A stretch of 64,000 nt of DNA from Minisyncoccota bacterium (GTDB lineage: Bacteria; Patescibacteriota; Minisyncoccia; Phycocordibacterales; UBA2100): contig OZ253947.1 of assembly GCA_965267345.1 (NCBI GenBank), forward strand, positions 398,665 to 462,664, read 5' to 3'. Shown in pieces: positions 44,774-54,155 of this stretch (within the stretch, counting starts at the first letter, position 1; each line of letters opens with the position of its first letter). The translations under genes were made by a program, and so were the position numbers. A model generated the notes under the pieces. The model was not told the origin of the DNA, did not search any database, and was given only the letters and a program-made list of their open reading frames with translations.

Positions 44774-45958
44774 ATGAGCGTCGCATTTTCAGATCGCATT
44801 CAAAAAGTACCGACATCGTTTCTCCGCGAGGTATTCAAGGTGATCGCCGATGAGCGCATCATCTCGTTTGGTGGCGGTCTGCCAAACCCGCACCTCTTCC
44901 CGACGGACGCCTTCGCGCGCGCGGCTGACGCAACACTGCGCGAGGCACCGCACGCTGCGCTTCAGTACAGCACAACCGAAGGAATCCCCGAGTTGCGCGA
45001 AATTATTGCTGCTTCGTATGCGCGTAAAGACGGTATCGGCATCCACCCCGATGAAGTCATTATCACTAATGGCTCACAACAAGGACTCGACCTGCTCGGC
45101 AAAGCACTCATCAACAAAGGTGACACCGTTATGGTTGAAGACCCGACCTACCTCGCAGCCTTACAGGCGTTTTCAATGTATCAGGCAACTTTTATACCCG
45201 TACCACTTCGCGAATCGGGTATGGACACAGAGGTACTCGCAGCAACACTGAGTGAACACGGAAACCCAAAACTGCTGTACACTATTCCGAATTTTCATAA
45301 CCCCAGCGGCATCACCTACGACGAACACACACGACAGCGCGTCGCGCAGTCCATTAATCCCGAAGAAACGCTTCTGATAGAAGACGATCCGTACGGCGAA
45401 ATACGCTTTGAGGGAGAACGCGGTACCCCGTTTGCCAAGCTCACTCCGAGTGCAGTGCTCCTCGGATCATTTTCAAAAATTGTCGCACCGGGAGTGCGAC
45501 TGGGGTGGATAGTGGTACGTGACCCGGCACTGCGCGCAAAAGTGTACACGGCAAAGCAAGCTTCGGACCTGCACTCCAGTACGCTCATACAGCACATGGT
45601 GTATCGCTACTACCGCGATAATGACAGCGATGCGCACGTGCGCGATATTGCCGCAGCCTATAAAGAACAGCGCGATGTCATGCTGAAGGCATTTGACGAA
45701 TATCTTGGCGATCGTGCGAGCTACACAACACCGCAGGGTGGCATGTTTACGTGGGTCACGCTCCCTGAGCACATTGATGCAATGCAGCTGTTTGATCTGG
45801 CAATCGACGAGGGTGTGGCATTTGTTCCAGGCGAGGCATTCTTTACGGGACCCGCACAGAAAAACACCATGCGCGTTAACTACACAAACTCAACACCTGA
45901 GGAAATTCGGGAGGGCGTACAGCGCCTTACGCGCGCCATTGACCGCTACGACGCGTAG
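44774..45958 (+). CDS. PLP-dependent aminotransferase (class I/II, AAT_I family)
   Basis: I chose the start at MSVAFSDRIQK; the ORF begins at 44633. Conserved features: NPSG, LLGSFSKIVAPGVRLGW (PLP Lys). Confidence 0.75.
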   Translation: MSVAFSDRIQKVPTSFLREVFKVIADERIISFGGGLPNPHLFPTDAFARAADATLREAPHAALQYSTTEGIPELREIIAASYARKDGIGIHPDEVIITNGSQQGLDLLGKALINKGDTVMVEDPTYLAALQAFSMYQATFIPVPLRESGMDTEVLAATLSEHGNPKLLYTIPNFHNPSGITYDEHTRQRVAQSINPEETLLIEDDPYGEIRFEGERGTPFAKLTPSAVLLGSFSKIVAPGVRLGWIVVRDPALRAKVYTAKQASDLHSSTLIQHMVYRYYRDNDSDAHVRDIAAAYKEQRDVMLKAFDEYLGDRASYTTPQGGMFTWVTLPEHIDAMQLFDLAIDEGVAFVPGEAFFTGPAQKNTMRVNYTNSTPEEIREGVQRLTRAIDRYDA

Positions 45959-46313
45959 GTACCTGCGACCACTCATTGAGCATCAGTGCAACGGCAAGTG
46001 CCGCAATGCTGATATCGCGGAAAATAATATTCATCTGCACGGTATTGAAAGCGATGATGAGTACCAAATACGCGAGTGCGATAGCACTTGGCCAAAACAC
46101 ACGCTTGCCAAAGATCAGCCACGCGGCAATCAACAGTTCAGTGATTCCAAATAGGTGCAGCACGAGCATTTCCTGACCGGCAATTGCATCAAGAAACCAT
46201 GCAGGAAAGTATCCGAGCCACGCATATGGGGTAAACCATGCCGACACGGCAGGATACACAAAGGCAAACGCGAGCCCGATGCGCAGTATCCTCTCCGTCC
46301 ATGTGCCGTACAT
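45927..46313 (-). CDS. DoxX-family membrane protein
   Basis: 128 aa. Four TM helices with the DoxX-like pattern (ILRIGLAFAFVYPAVSAW...). Confidence 0.5.
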   Translation of the reverse strand: MYGTWTERILRIGLAFAFVYPAVSAWFTPYAWLGYFPAWFLDAIAGQEMLVLHLFGITELLIAAWLIFGKRVFWPSAIALAYLVLIIAFNTVQMNIIFRDISIAALAVALMLNEWSQVPTRRSGQWRA

Positions 46314-46316
46314 ATG

Positions 46317-46814
46317 CTATTCAACGATAATTGAACCCGTGTGCGAGGCGCGTACGTGATTGTGGAATCCCCACTCACCCGCGTGTGTGAAGGTAAACTC
46401 CCAAAACTCTGCGGCCTGCAGTGGTCGACATGTATCAAATGACGTACCGAGGCAGTCATCGTCTGATGTCTCCGGATAGCGCGTATGTGTCGGATGGTCG
46501 TCACCACCAACCCACAGACCTCGTGAGCTATTGTTGACGAAACGGACCGTCTCCCCTTGTGCAATCGTCGTCACTGCAGGCTCAAATCCGTCGTCAGTGT
46601 ATGAGACCAGAGCATGAAAGACGGGATCACCTATCGGCTCTTCATCGTCTGTCGTTTCTGTCATTGTGTCAGCTGTCGTGTCGTCGTGTTCGGTTATTGC
46701 CATAGTATCGTCTGCAGTCGGTGCTTCTGCAGGTGTGTGCATAAGCATCCATACTCCAATAGCAATGACGACTGCGCCGGCAATAAGCAGTACGACTGAT
46801 AGTTTTGTTGACAT
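46317..46814 (-). CDS. Secreted cupredoxin-like domain protein
   Basis: Signal/TM at the N-terminus, an acidic linker, then TTIAQGETVRFVNNSSRGLWVGGDDHPTH...EWGFHNHVRASHTGSIIVE, a plastocyanin/EfeO-like beta-sandwich. Confidence 0.4.
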   Translation of the reverse strand: MSTKLSVVLLIAGAVVIAIGVWMLMHTPAEAPTADDTMAITEHDDTTADTMTETTDDEEPIGDPVFHALVSYTDDGFEPAVTTIAQGETVRFVNNSSRGLWVGGDDHPTHTRYPETSDDDCLGTSFDTCRPLQAAEFWEFTFTHAGEWGFHNHVRASHTGSIIVE

Positions 46815-46835
46815 AGGTGTTACGTGTATTCGCTG

Positions 46836-47885
46836 TTAATCTTTTTTCATATGCACGTCCCGTTGTGGGAATGGAATTTCAATACCCGCTTCACGGAATT
46901 TTGCATCAACAGTCATCCGCAAATCGCTCGTCGTGCCAAACACATCCAGCGCGCTCGGTACGCGACAGTAGAGCACAAAATCCAGTGATGAGTCACCAAA
47001 GTTGATGAAAAATACTGCCGGTTCAGGATCATCCACCACTGTCTCATGTTCGCGGGCTGCCTCAAGCAGGAGTGCTTTTACTTTTTCGATATCGCTGCCA
47101 TACGCAACACCGATGTTGAGCGACACGCGTCCGGTGTCGGGTCCCGTCGTCTTGTTCGTAATTGCCTCATTGGCGATCACTGCATTCGGAATGGTCACCT
47201 CCGAGTCATCAAACGTGCGAATGCGTGTACTGCGCAGTCCGACGTTCGCGACAATGCCCATTTTTCCTGAGCCGAGCTCAACAAAGTCCCCTACTGAATA
47301 CGGTTTGTCTGCGAGAATAAACACACCCGAGATGATGTTTGCCAGCGTGTCTTTTGCGGCAAATCCAACGGCAATACCAATCACACCGGCACTGGCAAGC
47401 CATGCGGTGATATTGATGTCCCACACTAAAAAGAGTGCGTAAATTGCCGCAGCAGCGACAATAATAAAGGCAATGTTGTTAAACAGCGGCAGTGTCTGAT
47501 CGTTGACCGCTTTAAAGCGCCGTGCGTGTGCAAACTCATCAAGTACAATACGCACCGCACGCGTAATCGCGAAACCAACAATGAGCACGACAAGGCTCTG
47601 AAGTGCTTGGTCAACGAGTGCATCAACTGTTGCCGAGAGTTCGAGTCTGTTGAGTGCGAGGGCGACGCCACCGAGTAAAATAATGTAAAACACCGGACGC
47701 TGAAACGCAGCAATGAGCTTGTCATCAACATCAGTACTTGTTTTACCCGTGAGGTAGCGGACGATGCCTGAGACAAATGGCAAGACAACCAGTGCCACCA
47801 GTGCAGAGGCAGCGATAATCAGCAGTGCCTGTACGTATACGTGGTAGCCGGATAATTGCGGGATTGTTTGCAGGTATTCACTCAT
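46836..47885 (-). CDS. Mechanosensitive ion channel, MscS family
   Basis: Three TM helices, then the conserved MscS pore-helix/beta-domain (GVFILADKPYSVGDFVELGSGKMGIVANVGLRSTRIRTFDDSEVTIPN). I chose the start at MSEYLQ; the ORF extends to 48056. Confidence 0.8.
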   Translation of the reverse strand: MSEYLQTIPQLSGYHVYVQALLIIAASALVALVVLPFVSGIVRYLTGKTSTDVDDKLIAAFQRPVFYIILLGGVALALNRLELSATVDALVDQALQSLVVLIVGFAITRAVRIVLDEFAHARRFKAVNDQTLPLFNNIAFIIVAAAAIYALFLVWDINITAWLASAGVIGIAVGFAAKDTLANIISGVFILADKPYSVGDFVELGSGKMGIVANVGLRSTRIRTFDDSEVTIPNAVIANEAITNKTTGPDTGRVSLNIGVAYGSDIEKVKALLLEAAREHETVVDDPEPAVFFINFGDSSLDFVLYCRVPSALDVFGTTSDLRMTVDAKFREAGIEIPFPQRDVHMKKD

Positions 47886-47936
47886 ATGCGGCCATTGTAG
47901 CACGTTCGATGCAGTGTGCATGGTATGCTTGAGGTA

Positions 47937-48317
47937 ATGAAAACGGCTGAAACAGACCCGCTCACTCCTGAAGAAGAACGCGTTATTGAACAGAAAGGTA
48001 CCGAAGCACCATTCTCTGGGGCGTTTGTAGCGCACGACGACGTGGGTACCTACCACTGCCGTAAGTGCGGCGCGGCACTATACCGCTCAGGCGATAAATT
48101 TGATGCGCACTGTGGCTGGCCGAGTTTTGACGATGAAATTGAAGGAGCGGTAGTGCGTACACTCGACGCCGATGGCGTGCGCACCGAAATCACCTGTGCT
48201 GCATGCGGCGCGCACCTCGGACACGTCTTCACCGGTGAACAACTCACTGAAAAGGATGTGCGCCATTGCGTGAATTCTATTTCGCTGACGTTTGAACCAT
48301 CTGCGCATGAAAACTGA
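47937..48317 (+). CDS. msrB: Peptide-methionine (R)-S-oxide reductase MsrB
   Basis: GAGGT lies 4 nt upstream of ATG(MKTAE). Two CxxC zinc pairs (CRKCGAAL, CAACGAHLGHVF). The start overlaps msrA by ATGA. Confidence 0.88.
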   Translation: MKTAETDPLTPEEERVIEQKGTEAPFSGAFVAHDDVGTYHCRKCGAALYRSGDKFDAHCGWPSFDDEIEGAVVRTLDADGVRTEITCAACGAHLGHVFTGEQLTEKDVRHCVNSISLTFEPSAHEN

Positions 48318-48792
48318 GAAAGCCATATTTGCCGCAGGGTGTTTCTGGGGTGTCCAGTACCACTTCGACACACACGACGGTGTCGTGTCGACCCGTGTCG
48401 GCTACACTGGCGGCTCTGTTGAGAATCCGACGTACGAACAGGTGTGTACCGGCGACACGGGACACCGCGAAGCCATTGAAGTGCTCTTCGACCCCGACGT
48501 TACTTCTTTTGAAGCACTCGCGAGGCTCTTTTTCGAAACGCACGATTTCTCGCAAGTCGGCGGCCAAGGCCCCGACATCGGCTCGCAGTACACCTCTGCG
48601 ATCTACTACACGACAGACGAGCAAAAAAAGATCGCTGAACGACTCATTGCAGAGCTTGAAACGCACGGCAAGACCGTCACGACCGACATACTCCCCGCCG
48701 AGCCGTTTTATCCGGCAGAAGACTACCACCAGAAATACTATGAAAAGACGGGTGGTGCGCCCTACTGCCACGTCTATGTTAAACAGTTTTAG
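48307..48792 (+). CDS. msrA: Peptide-methionine (S)-S-oxide reductase MsrA
   Basis: AIFAAGCFWGVQ active-site motif. The ORF begins at 48292. Confidence 0.88.
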   Translation: MKTEKAIFAAGCFWGVQYHFDTHDGVVSTRVGYTGGSVENPTYEQVCTGDTGHREAIEVLFDPDVTSFEALARLFFETHDFSQVGGQGPDIGSQYTSAIYYTTDEQKKIAERLIAELETHGKTVTTDILPAEPFYPAEDYHQKYYEKTGGAPYCHVYVKQF

Positions 48793-48793
48793 T

Positions 48794-49615
48794 ATGTACC
48801 GTGCTGCACTGCTCGTCGTTAGCATGCTCGTTCTCCCAACTACGGCACTCGCCGCATTAAATGCAGGTGTGGTCAGCGGCATCTGGTTCTCACAGCAGCC
48901 ACCGAATGCCGAGAGCGCAACGCGTATATTTACCGCCGTCCAAAACCAAAGTCAGGAAACCATCGACGGTTCCGTTGCTTTTTTAGTTGATGACGAAATT
49001 ATTGGCACCGCGGCGTTCGTTGCCGCACCGAATGAGGTGCAGTCGGTCTCAACAACCTACACATTCTCCGCCGGCACCCACCGTGTGAGTGCCTACATTA
49101 CTTCAGTCAATCAGGGCGCCGTTGCCGCTGCTGTTGTTCCTGAAGTACGCGTTGACATACCCGAACCCAGTACCAGTGACCTACCGCCGGACAATAGTGC
49201 TGCTACGCAGCCGACGCAGCGCGCTGACGCACACAATGCAATCGTGGCTGCTCGCGATACAGTGCGCGGTGTGCGTGACACCATTGCCCCACGCATGGAA
49301 TCAACCGCACAACGCGTTGAAGACTTCCGCGATACCCTACTGACACCAACGACCGCTACGAGCACCGCACCTACTGATGATACGACTACCTCGGACGAAC
49401 CCGTAAGTGCACAGCCGTTGCGGGCGCATTCGCCGCGCGAATTGGTAAATGCCTCACGCGACATTATTGCCACCGAAAATGTAGCATGGTGGCGAAAAGT
49501 ACTTGGCATCATGCTCTCTGCAGGTGCACTGCTTATTCGCTACTGGATGTGGCTCCTTATCCTCATCGTTGCCTTCGTCTTTTGGCGCATCATTCGGAAC
49601 AATAGGATTTCCTAG
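48794..49615 (+). CDS. Hypothetical secreted/membrane protein (N-terminal signal, C-terminal TM)
   Basis: ATG lies 1 nt after the msrA stop. Signal peptide MYRAALLVVSMLVLPTTALAA. C-terminal TM WLLILIVAFVFW. Thr/Ala-rich. Confidence 0.5.
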   Translation: MYRAALLVVSMLVLPTTALAALNAGVVSGIWFSQQPPNAESATRIFTAVQNQSQETIDGSVAFLVDDEIIGTAAFVAAPNEVQSVSTTYTFSAGTHRVSAYITSVNQGAVAAAVVPEVRVDIPEPSTSDLPPDNSAATQPTQRADAHNAIVAARDTVRGVRDTIAPRMESTAQRVEDFRDTLLTPTTATSTAPTDDTTTSDEPVSAQPLRAHSPRELVNASRDIIATENVAWWRKVLGIMLSAGALLIRYWMWLLILIVAFVFWRIIRNNRIS

Positions 49616-49904
49616 ACACCCTCGTGTGAATCATCACTGCAACTACACGGCTTTAGGGATTTGCTGAACTGATCACAGTCCTGTCGCTGACACACGGCAC
49701 TCTGCCCGGCAACTCCACTACACGAGCCAGTGCAGACGTAGTGCGACGCTTATGCTGCGTCAATATGTCCGTGTGCTTCTTCATTCATATAAAAACCATA
49801 GCGCGTATACGCTGATATTCAACATCACCATCCCCACCTTGCTACTGAGCTCAGTAGATACGTATTTCACCACCACACAGCAGTTTGCTATAGTGCATCT
49901 CCAC

Positions 49905-49989
49905 GGAGGAGTGGCCGAGTGGTTTAAGGCGCACGCCTGGAACGCGTGTTGGGGGCAACCCCTCGGAGGTTCGAATCCTCTCTCCTCCG
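49905..49989 (+). tRNA. tRNA-Ser (anticodon GGA), class II with a long variable arm
   Basis: GGAGGAG TG GCCGAGTGGTTTAAGGC GCACGC CTGGAAC GCGTG, variable arm TTGGGGGCAACCCCTC, T-arm GGAGGTTCGAATCCTCT, acceptor CTCCTCC G. Confidence 0.82.
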
Positions 49990-50168
49990 CATATGCAAAT
50001 AGGATGGCTTTTTAGGCCACCTATTTTGGATACTCATGCAGAAGGAAGCGGAGCTTCCGAAGGGATTCGAAAAGAGCGAGTATATCGGAGTGTAGCGACG
50101 ATTCGAGCGGCGGGGTCGCGTCGCTTAGTATTTTAAGGAACGACAGTGATGTAAAATACTTAGCAGAG

Positions 50169-50654
50169 GTGACCGAGTCCCTCCCTCTCCGCAAAGTAGA
50201 CACACGAGTCTGCTACAATACATTCGTGGCACACACTCGAAACAAAACACAGGCAACACAAACATCGGTACGCGACTATATTGCGTCGCTCCCCGATGAT
50301 GCACGTCGTGATGCAAAGACTCTTCTGAAGATTTTCAAAGATGCAACAGGTGCACAGCCTGTGGTGTGGGGCGCTATGGTCGGTTTTGGCAACTATCACT
50401 ACGTATACGACTCAGGACGTGAGGGCGACTTTTTCGCGACGGGCTTTGCCCTCCGCAAAAGCGGCCCCGTCGTCTACATCATGCCCGGATATACCGACTA
50501 CGCATCACTGCTTACAAAGCTCGGCCCGCATACGCTCGGAAAGTCGTGCCTCTACATCAAGCGTTTGGAAGCCATAGATGCTGACGTCCTTACAAAACTG
50601 ATCAAAACAGGCATACGCGACCTTGCAAAAAAGTATCCCGTAACGATGAAATAG
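50169..50654 (+). CDS. DUF1801 (YdhG/YdeI-like) domain protein
   Basis: VRDYIASLPDDARRDAKTLLKIFKDATGAQPVVWGAMVGFGNYHY matches DUF1801. The start is uncertain: GTG at 50169, no SD. Confidence 0.55.
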   Translation: MTESLPLRKVDTRVCYNTFVAHTRNKTQATQTSVRDYIASLPDDARRDAKTLLKIFKDATGAQPVVWGAMVGFGNYHYVYDSGREGDFFATGFALRKSGPVVYIMPGYTDYASLLTKLGPHTLGKSCLYIKRLEAIDADVLTKLIKTGIRDLAKKYPVTMK

Positions 50655-50655
50655 T

Positions 50656-51135
50656 ATGGCGCGCTTTCCAAAAAAAGTGTCGTGGGACGATATCGCGCAA
50701 CGCGACCTGTGGGGGCGACGCATCATTCTCGACGTTGACGGTGTCCTCATGGCCGACGGCGAAACGACGATGCCTGCGTACGTACAACGTATCCTTGCAC
50801 CGATCATTGCCCACAATGAAGTAGTCATTGTGTCGAACTCTCCGAAGCGTTCACGCTGTCGCTACGTCAGTGAGACACTCGGCATACCGTGGATTAATAC
50901 CCACTACCGCAAGCCATTTCCCAGTATTTTGAAAAAAGTGCATTTTGAAACCGACGCGCCACTTGTAGTGATCGGCGACAAAGTACTCACCGACGGGCTC
51001 TTCGCGCACTTCATTAACGCCGAGTTCCTGATGCTCGAGCGTCGTACATCAGTGAGCGACAGCTTCCTGATGCGTCTCAACTACGCTATAGAAGATGCGC
51101 TCTACGCCTGTGGGCGCTGGCTCGTGCGCGACTAG
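50656..51135 (+). CDS. HAD-superfamily phosphatase (subfamily IIIA, YqeG-like)
   Basis: Motif I ILDVDGVLM. Motif II VVIVSNSP. Motif IV VVIGDKVLTD. Confidence 0.75.
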   Translation: MARFPKKVSWDDIAQRDLWGRRIILDVDGVLMADGETTMPAYVQRILAPIIAHNEVVIVSNSPKRSRCRYVSETLGIPWINTHYRKPFPSILKKVHFETDAPLVVIGDKVLTDGLFAHFINAEFLMLERRTSVSDSFLMRLNYAIEDALYACGRWLVRD

Positions 51136-52031
51136 ACGCGTGCACGCAGACCCATCAACGCCTCAATGCGCTTTTCAACGGGCGGGTGTGTTGAGAAAAG
51201 ATTCTGCATCGTTTTACCCTTCTTTCCGCTTGGGCCAAATGGATTACTGATGAACAAGTGTGCGGTTGCGCTTGAGGCACGCTTCATTGGTGCCTCATAG
51301 CTACTAATTTTCTGCAGCGCCGAGGCAAGACCGTCGGGGTAGCGCGTCAGCAATGCACCGGAAGCGTCAGCCAAGTACTCACGTTTGCGCGACACCGCAA
51401 GTTGCATCAGCTGGGCCATAATCGGGCCGAGTATCAGCAGCGCAACACCGGCGATGAGCAGTATTGGGTTGTTATTCTCGCGATTGCTGCCACCAAAGAG
51501 TGTCATGTGCCAGATCATGTCGACAATAACTGCAATGAAGCCCACTAGCACCACAGCCACTGACATAACGAGAATATCGCGATTGCCAATGTGTGAAAGT
51601 TCGTGTGCCAACACACCTTCAAGCTCAACTTTCGAGAGCATGGCGAGCAATCCTGTCGTCACCGCCACAGCAGCGTGCTCAGGGTTACGCCCCGTTGCAA
51701 AGGCATTCGGCGCCGGATCGTCGATGACGTACACGCGCGGCTTTGGCAATCCGGCGGTAATGGCAAGATTCTCTACCGTGTTATGTAGATCACGATACTG
51801 ATCTTCAGGCGCTTCTTTTGCGCCAGCAGCAGAAATGGCAATTTTGTCGGAAAACCAGAACGAGCTCACGTTCATGATGAGCGCGAAGAGAACGGCAATG
51901 ATGAGAATAAACGGATGACCGAAGTACTCGGAGGCAAACCAGCCAATACCGATGACCAACCCAATAAACACGACCATGAGCAGCCACGTTTTGCGAATGT
52001 TTGCACTTTGATGTGTGTAGAGTGATGCCAT
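51132..52031 (-). CDS. htpX: Zinc metalloprotease HtpX
   Basis: HEXXH in LAHELSHIGNRD. Four TM helices. The M48 family C-terminal region FSTHPPVEKRIEAL. Confidence 0.88.
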   Translation of the reverse strand: MASLYTHQSANIRKTWLLMVVFIGLVIGIGWFASEYFGHPFILIIAVLFALIMNVSSFWFSDKIAISAAGAKEAPEDQYRDLHNTVENLAITAGLPKPRVYVIDDPAPNAFATGRNPEHAAVAVTTGLLAMLSKVELEGVLAHELSHIGNRDILVMSVAVVLVGFIAVIVDMIWHMTLFGGSNRENNNPILLIAGVALLILGPIMAQLMQLAVSRKREYLADASGALLTRYPDGLASALQKISSYEAPMKRASSATAHLFISNPFGPSGKKGKTMQNLFSTHPPVEKRIEALMGLRARV

Positions 52032-52041
52032 CTGATACTTT

Positions 52042-52377
52042 TTATTTCACTGACTCAAGAAATATGCGGCCGGCGAAGCCCCCGCGTTCGGCGACGCGCT
52101 CGGCGCGCACGCGCTCAATATCGTCCGCAGTGATGTCAAACTCGGCAAGTACCGCATTGAATACCTCTTGCAGGTCTGCAAGTTCGGCACGAAATTGCTC
52201 AGACGAAGGGTCATACCCTGCCTGACGCGCTTCCTCGGCCTCTTCAATTAGTTTATAGAGTAGTTCGCGCCGATACTCGTCGCTATCCATAACACGCGTG
52301 GTAGGAAGTTCCCCATTCTCACGAATAATGTCAGGAATGCCGTCGCGCACTAACTTACCGTACCGCTTGCCAACCAT
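52042..52377 (-). CDS. MazG-like nucleotide pyrophosphohydrolase domain protein
   Basis: 111 aa. EEAEE...ELADLQEVFNAV pattern, consistent with the all-alpha NTP-PPase/MazG fold. Confidence 0.45.
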   Translation of the reverse strand: MVGKRYGKLVRDGIPDIIRENGELPTTRVMDSDEYRRELLYKLIEEAEEARQAGYDPSSEQFRAELADLQEVFNAVLAEFDITADDIERVRAERVAERGGFAGRIFLESVK

Positions 52378-52380
52378 AAG

Positions 52381-52941
52381 CTAGAAGCTGACCGGTACCG
52401 GTTCGCGTGCCGCCTCTTCGCCCTCGTCGAGTTCGAAGAAGTCTCGCTGTGAGAAGCTAAAGAGTTTCGCAATGATGTTCTGTGGGAAGGACTCGATTGC
52501 CGTATTTAGGTCGCGTACGTTCGTGTTGTAAAAGCGACGTGCCGCCTGAATCTTATTTTCAGTGTCGGTCAGTTCGCGCTGCAGCTCCAAAAAGTTCTCA
52601 TTGGCCTTCAAATCAGGATAGTTTTCTGATACCGCAAACAGCGACTTAAGTGCGCCACTGAGCATGTTCTCGGCTTCCTGTTTCTCCTGCACGCCCTCTG
52701 CGTTCATCGCGCGCGTACGCATTTCAGTTACTTGGCTCAGTGTCTCCTTCTCGTGCGTTGCGTACCCTTTTACGGTCTCAATTAAATTCGGAATGAGGTC
52801 GTAGCGACGCTTCAGCTGCACGTCAATATCCGCCCATGCTTCCTGCGTGCGGTTGATGAGGCGAATAAAAGCGTTATACGCAATAATCACCCATAGTGCG
52901 AGGATGACGAAAATGGCTCCAATTACGTAAAGAATGGTCAT
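52381..52941 (-). CDS. lemA: LemA family protein
   Basis: N-terminal TM. LINRTQEAWADIDVQLKRRYDLIPNLIETVKGYATHEKETL, the LemA signature. Confidence 0.85.
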   Translation of the reverse strand: MTILYVIGAIFVILALWVIIAYNAFIRLINRTQEAWADIDVQLKRRYDLIPNLIETVKGYATHEKETLSQVTEMRTRAMNAEGVQEKQEAENMLSGALKSLFAVSENYPDLKANENFLELQRELTDTENKIQAARRFYNTNVRDLNTAIESFPQNIIAKLFSFSQRDFFELDEGEEAAREPVPVSF

Positions 52942-52958
52942 GATACGTTTCTATTCTG

Positions 52959-52978
52959 GTAACGCCGTTAGTATAGCA
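52959..52978 (-). promoter_or_regulatory. Extended -10 motif copy (TGCTATACTAACGGCGTTAC) upstream of lemA
   Basis: One of four near-identical 20-nt motifs on the minus strand. The others are at 7160-7179, 31100-31119 and 37941-37960. Confidence 0.4.
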
Positions 52979-52989
52979 TGAAACACTCT

Positions 52990-53961
52990 CTAGCGCGCTA
53001 CAACAGCATTTGGTGGCTGCTCACCATTGGCAAACGTAATAATATTTTCGGCAGCGATGCGGCTCATCGCGCCACGTGTTTCCTCGGTCGCCGAGGCAAT
53101 GTGCGGTGTCAGCACCACGTTTTCCAGCTCAGATAAACCATCAGCAAGCTGGGGTTCATTTTCAAACACATCCAGTGCTGCACCTTTAATGGTGTTAGTT
53201 CTCAGTGCATCAACCAGTGCTGCTTCGTCAATAACCGGTCCACGCGATGAGTTCACCAGATACGCTGTCGGTTTCATAAGCGCAAGCCGCTCTGCGTTGA
53301 GCAGATGGCGCGTAGAATCAAGCAGTGGCACGTGGACCGTAACAACGTCAGCCTCTTTCAGGAGCTCTTCCGGCGTTGCCTTAAACTGTGCAGCGACACT
53401 CGATTCAATCTCCGCGTTTTGTTCGATGTCGTAGTACATAATGCGCATACCTAAGCCTTTGTGGGCAATCTCGGCAACCCGAGATCCGATACGTCCCGCC
53501 CCAAGAATGCCGAGTGTCTTCCCCTTCATGTCGGTCCCAAGCAGTAACATTGGTGCCCAGCCATCGTACTTCCCTGCGCGCGTAAAGCGGTCAGCTTCGG
53601 CAATGCGATTCATTGCCGCCATCATGAGTGACACCGTGTGTTCAGCGACCGTTTCTGTGAGAACGCCGGGGGTATTGGTGATGGTGACTCCCCGCTCTTT
53701 CGCAGCATCAAGATCAATATTGTTATAGCCGACGGCGTAATTCGCAAAGATTTTTGCATTCGGTGCTGCATCAAAAACTGCTGCGTCGATCGTGTCGGTC
53801 AGCAGACACAACACGGCCTCGGGGTCATGTTCCGTGAGAGCCGCAATGAGCTCGTCATGTGTAAGCACGCCGTCTTTGTCACTCACGGTGACACTGTGCC
53901 CTGCCTCCTGCAGGAGCTTTAATCCCTCATCAGGTATGCGTCGAGTTACGAAGATTCTCAT
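52990..53961 (-). CDS. D-isomer-specific 2-hydroxyacid dehydrogenase (glyoxylate/hydroxypyruvate reductase-like)
   Basis: NAD-binding GILGAGRIGSRVA. Catalytic R/E/H triad region. 323 aa. Confidence 0.85.
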   Translation of the reverse strand: MRIFVTRRIPDEGLKLLQEAGHSVTVSDKDGVLTHDELIAALTEHDPEAVLCLLTDTIDAAVFDAAPNAKIFANYAVGYNNIDLDAAKERGVTITNTPGVLTETVAEHTVSLMMAAMNRIAEADRFTRAGKYDGWAPMLLLGTDMKGKTLGILGAGRIGSRVAEIAHKGLGMRIMYYDIEQNAEIESSVAAQFKATPEELLKEADVVTVHVPLLDSTRHLLNAERLALMKPTAYLVNSSRGPVIDEAALVDALRTNTIKGAALDVFENEPQLADGLSELENVVLTPHIASATEETRGAMSRIAAENIITFANGEQPPNAVVAR

Positions 53962-54155
53962 GATGCGTCAAGTACTAATTTCTAAATTTTAAATGCTAAA
54001 CAAATTCTACATTCAAATGTCATAATCGAGAAACAATGCTTCCAAATATCTTCATTAATTCTGTACTTTCATTCAGCAACCGTTCCTTTGTTTGAGATGA
54101 GTCTTCAAGATCGTACTGTGTGCGCCTTTCCGTCATTTCTCCCTTTGTTCATTGT

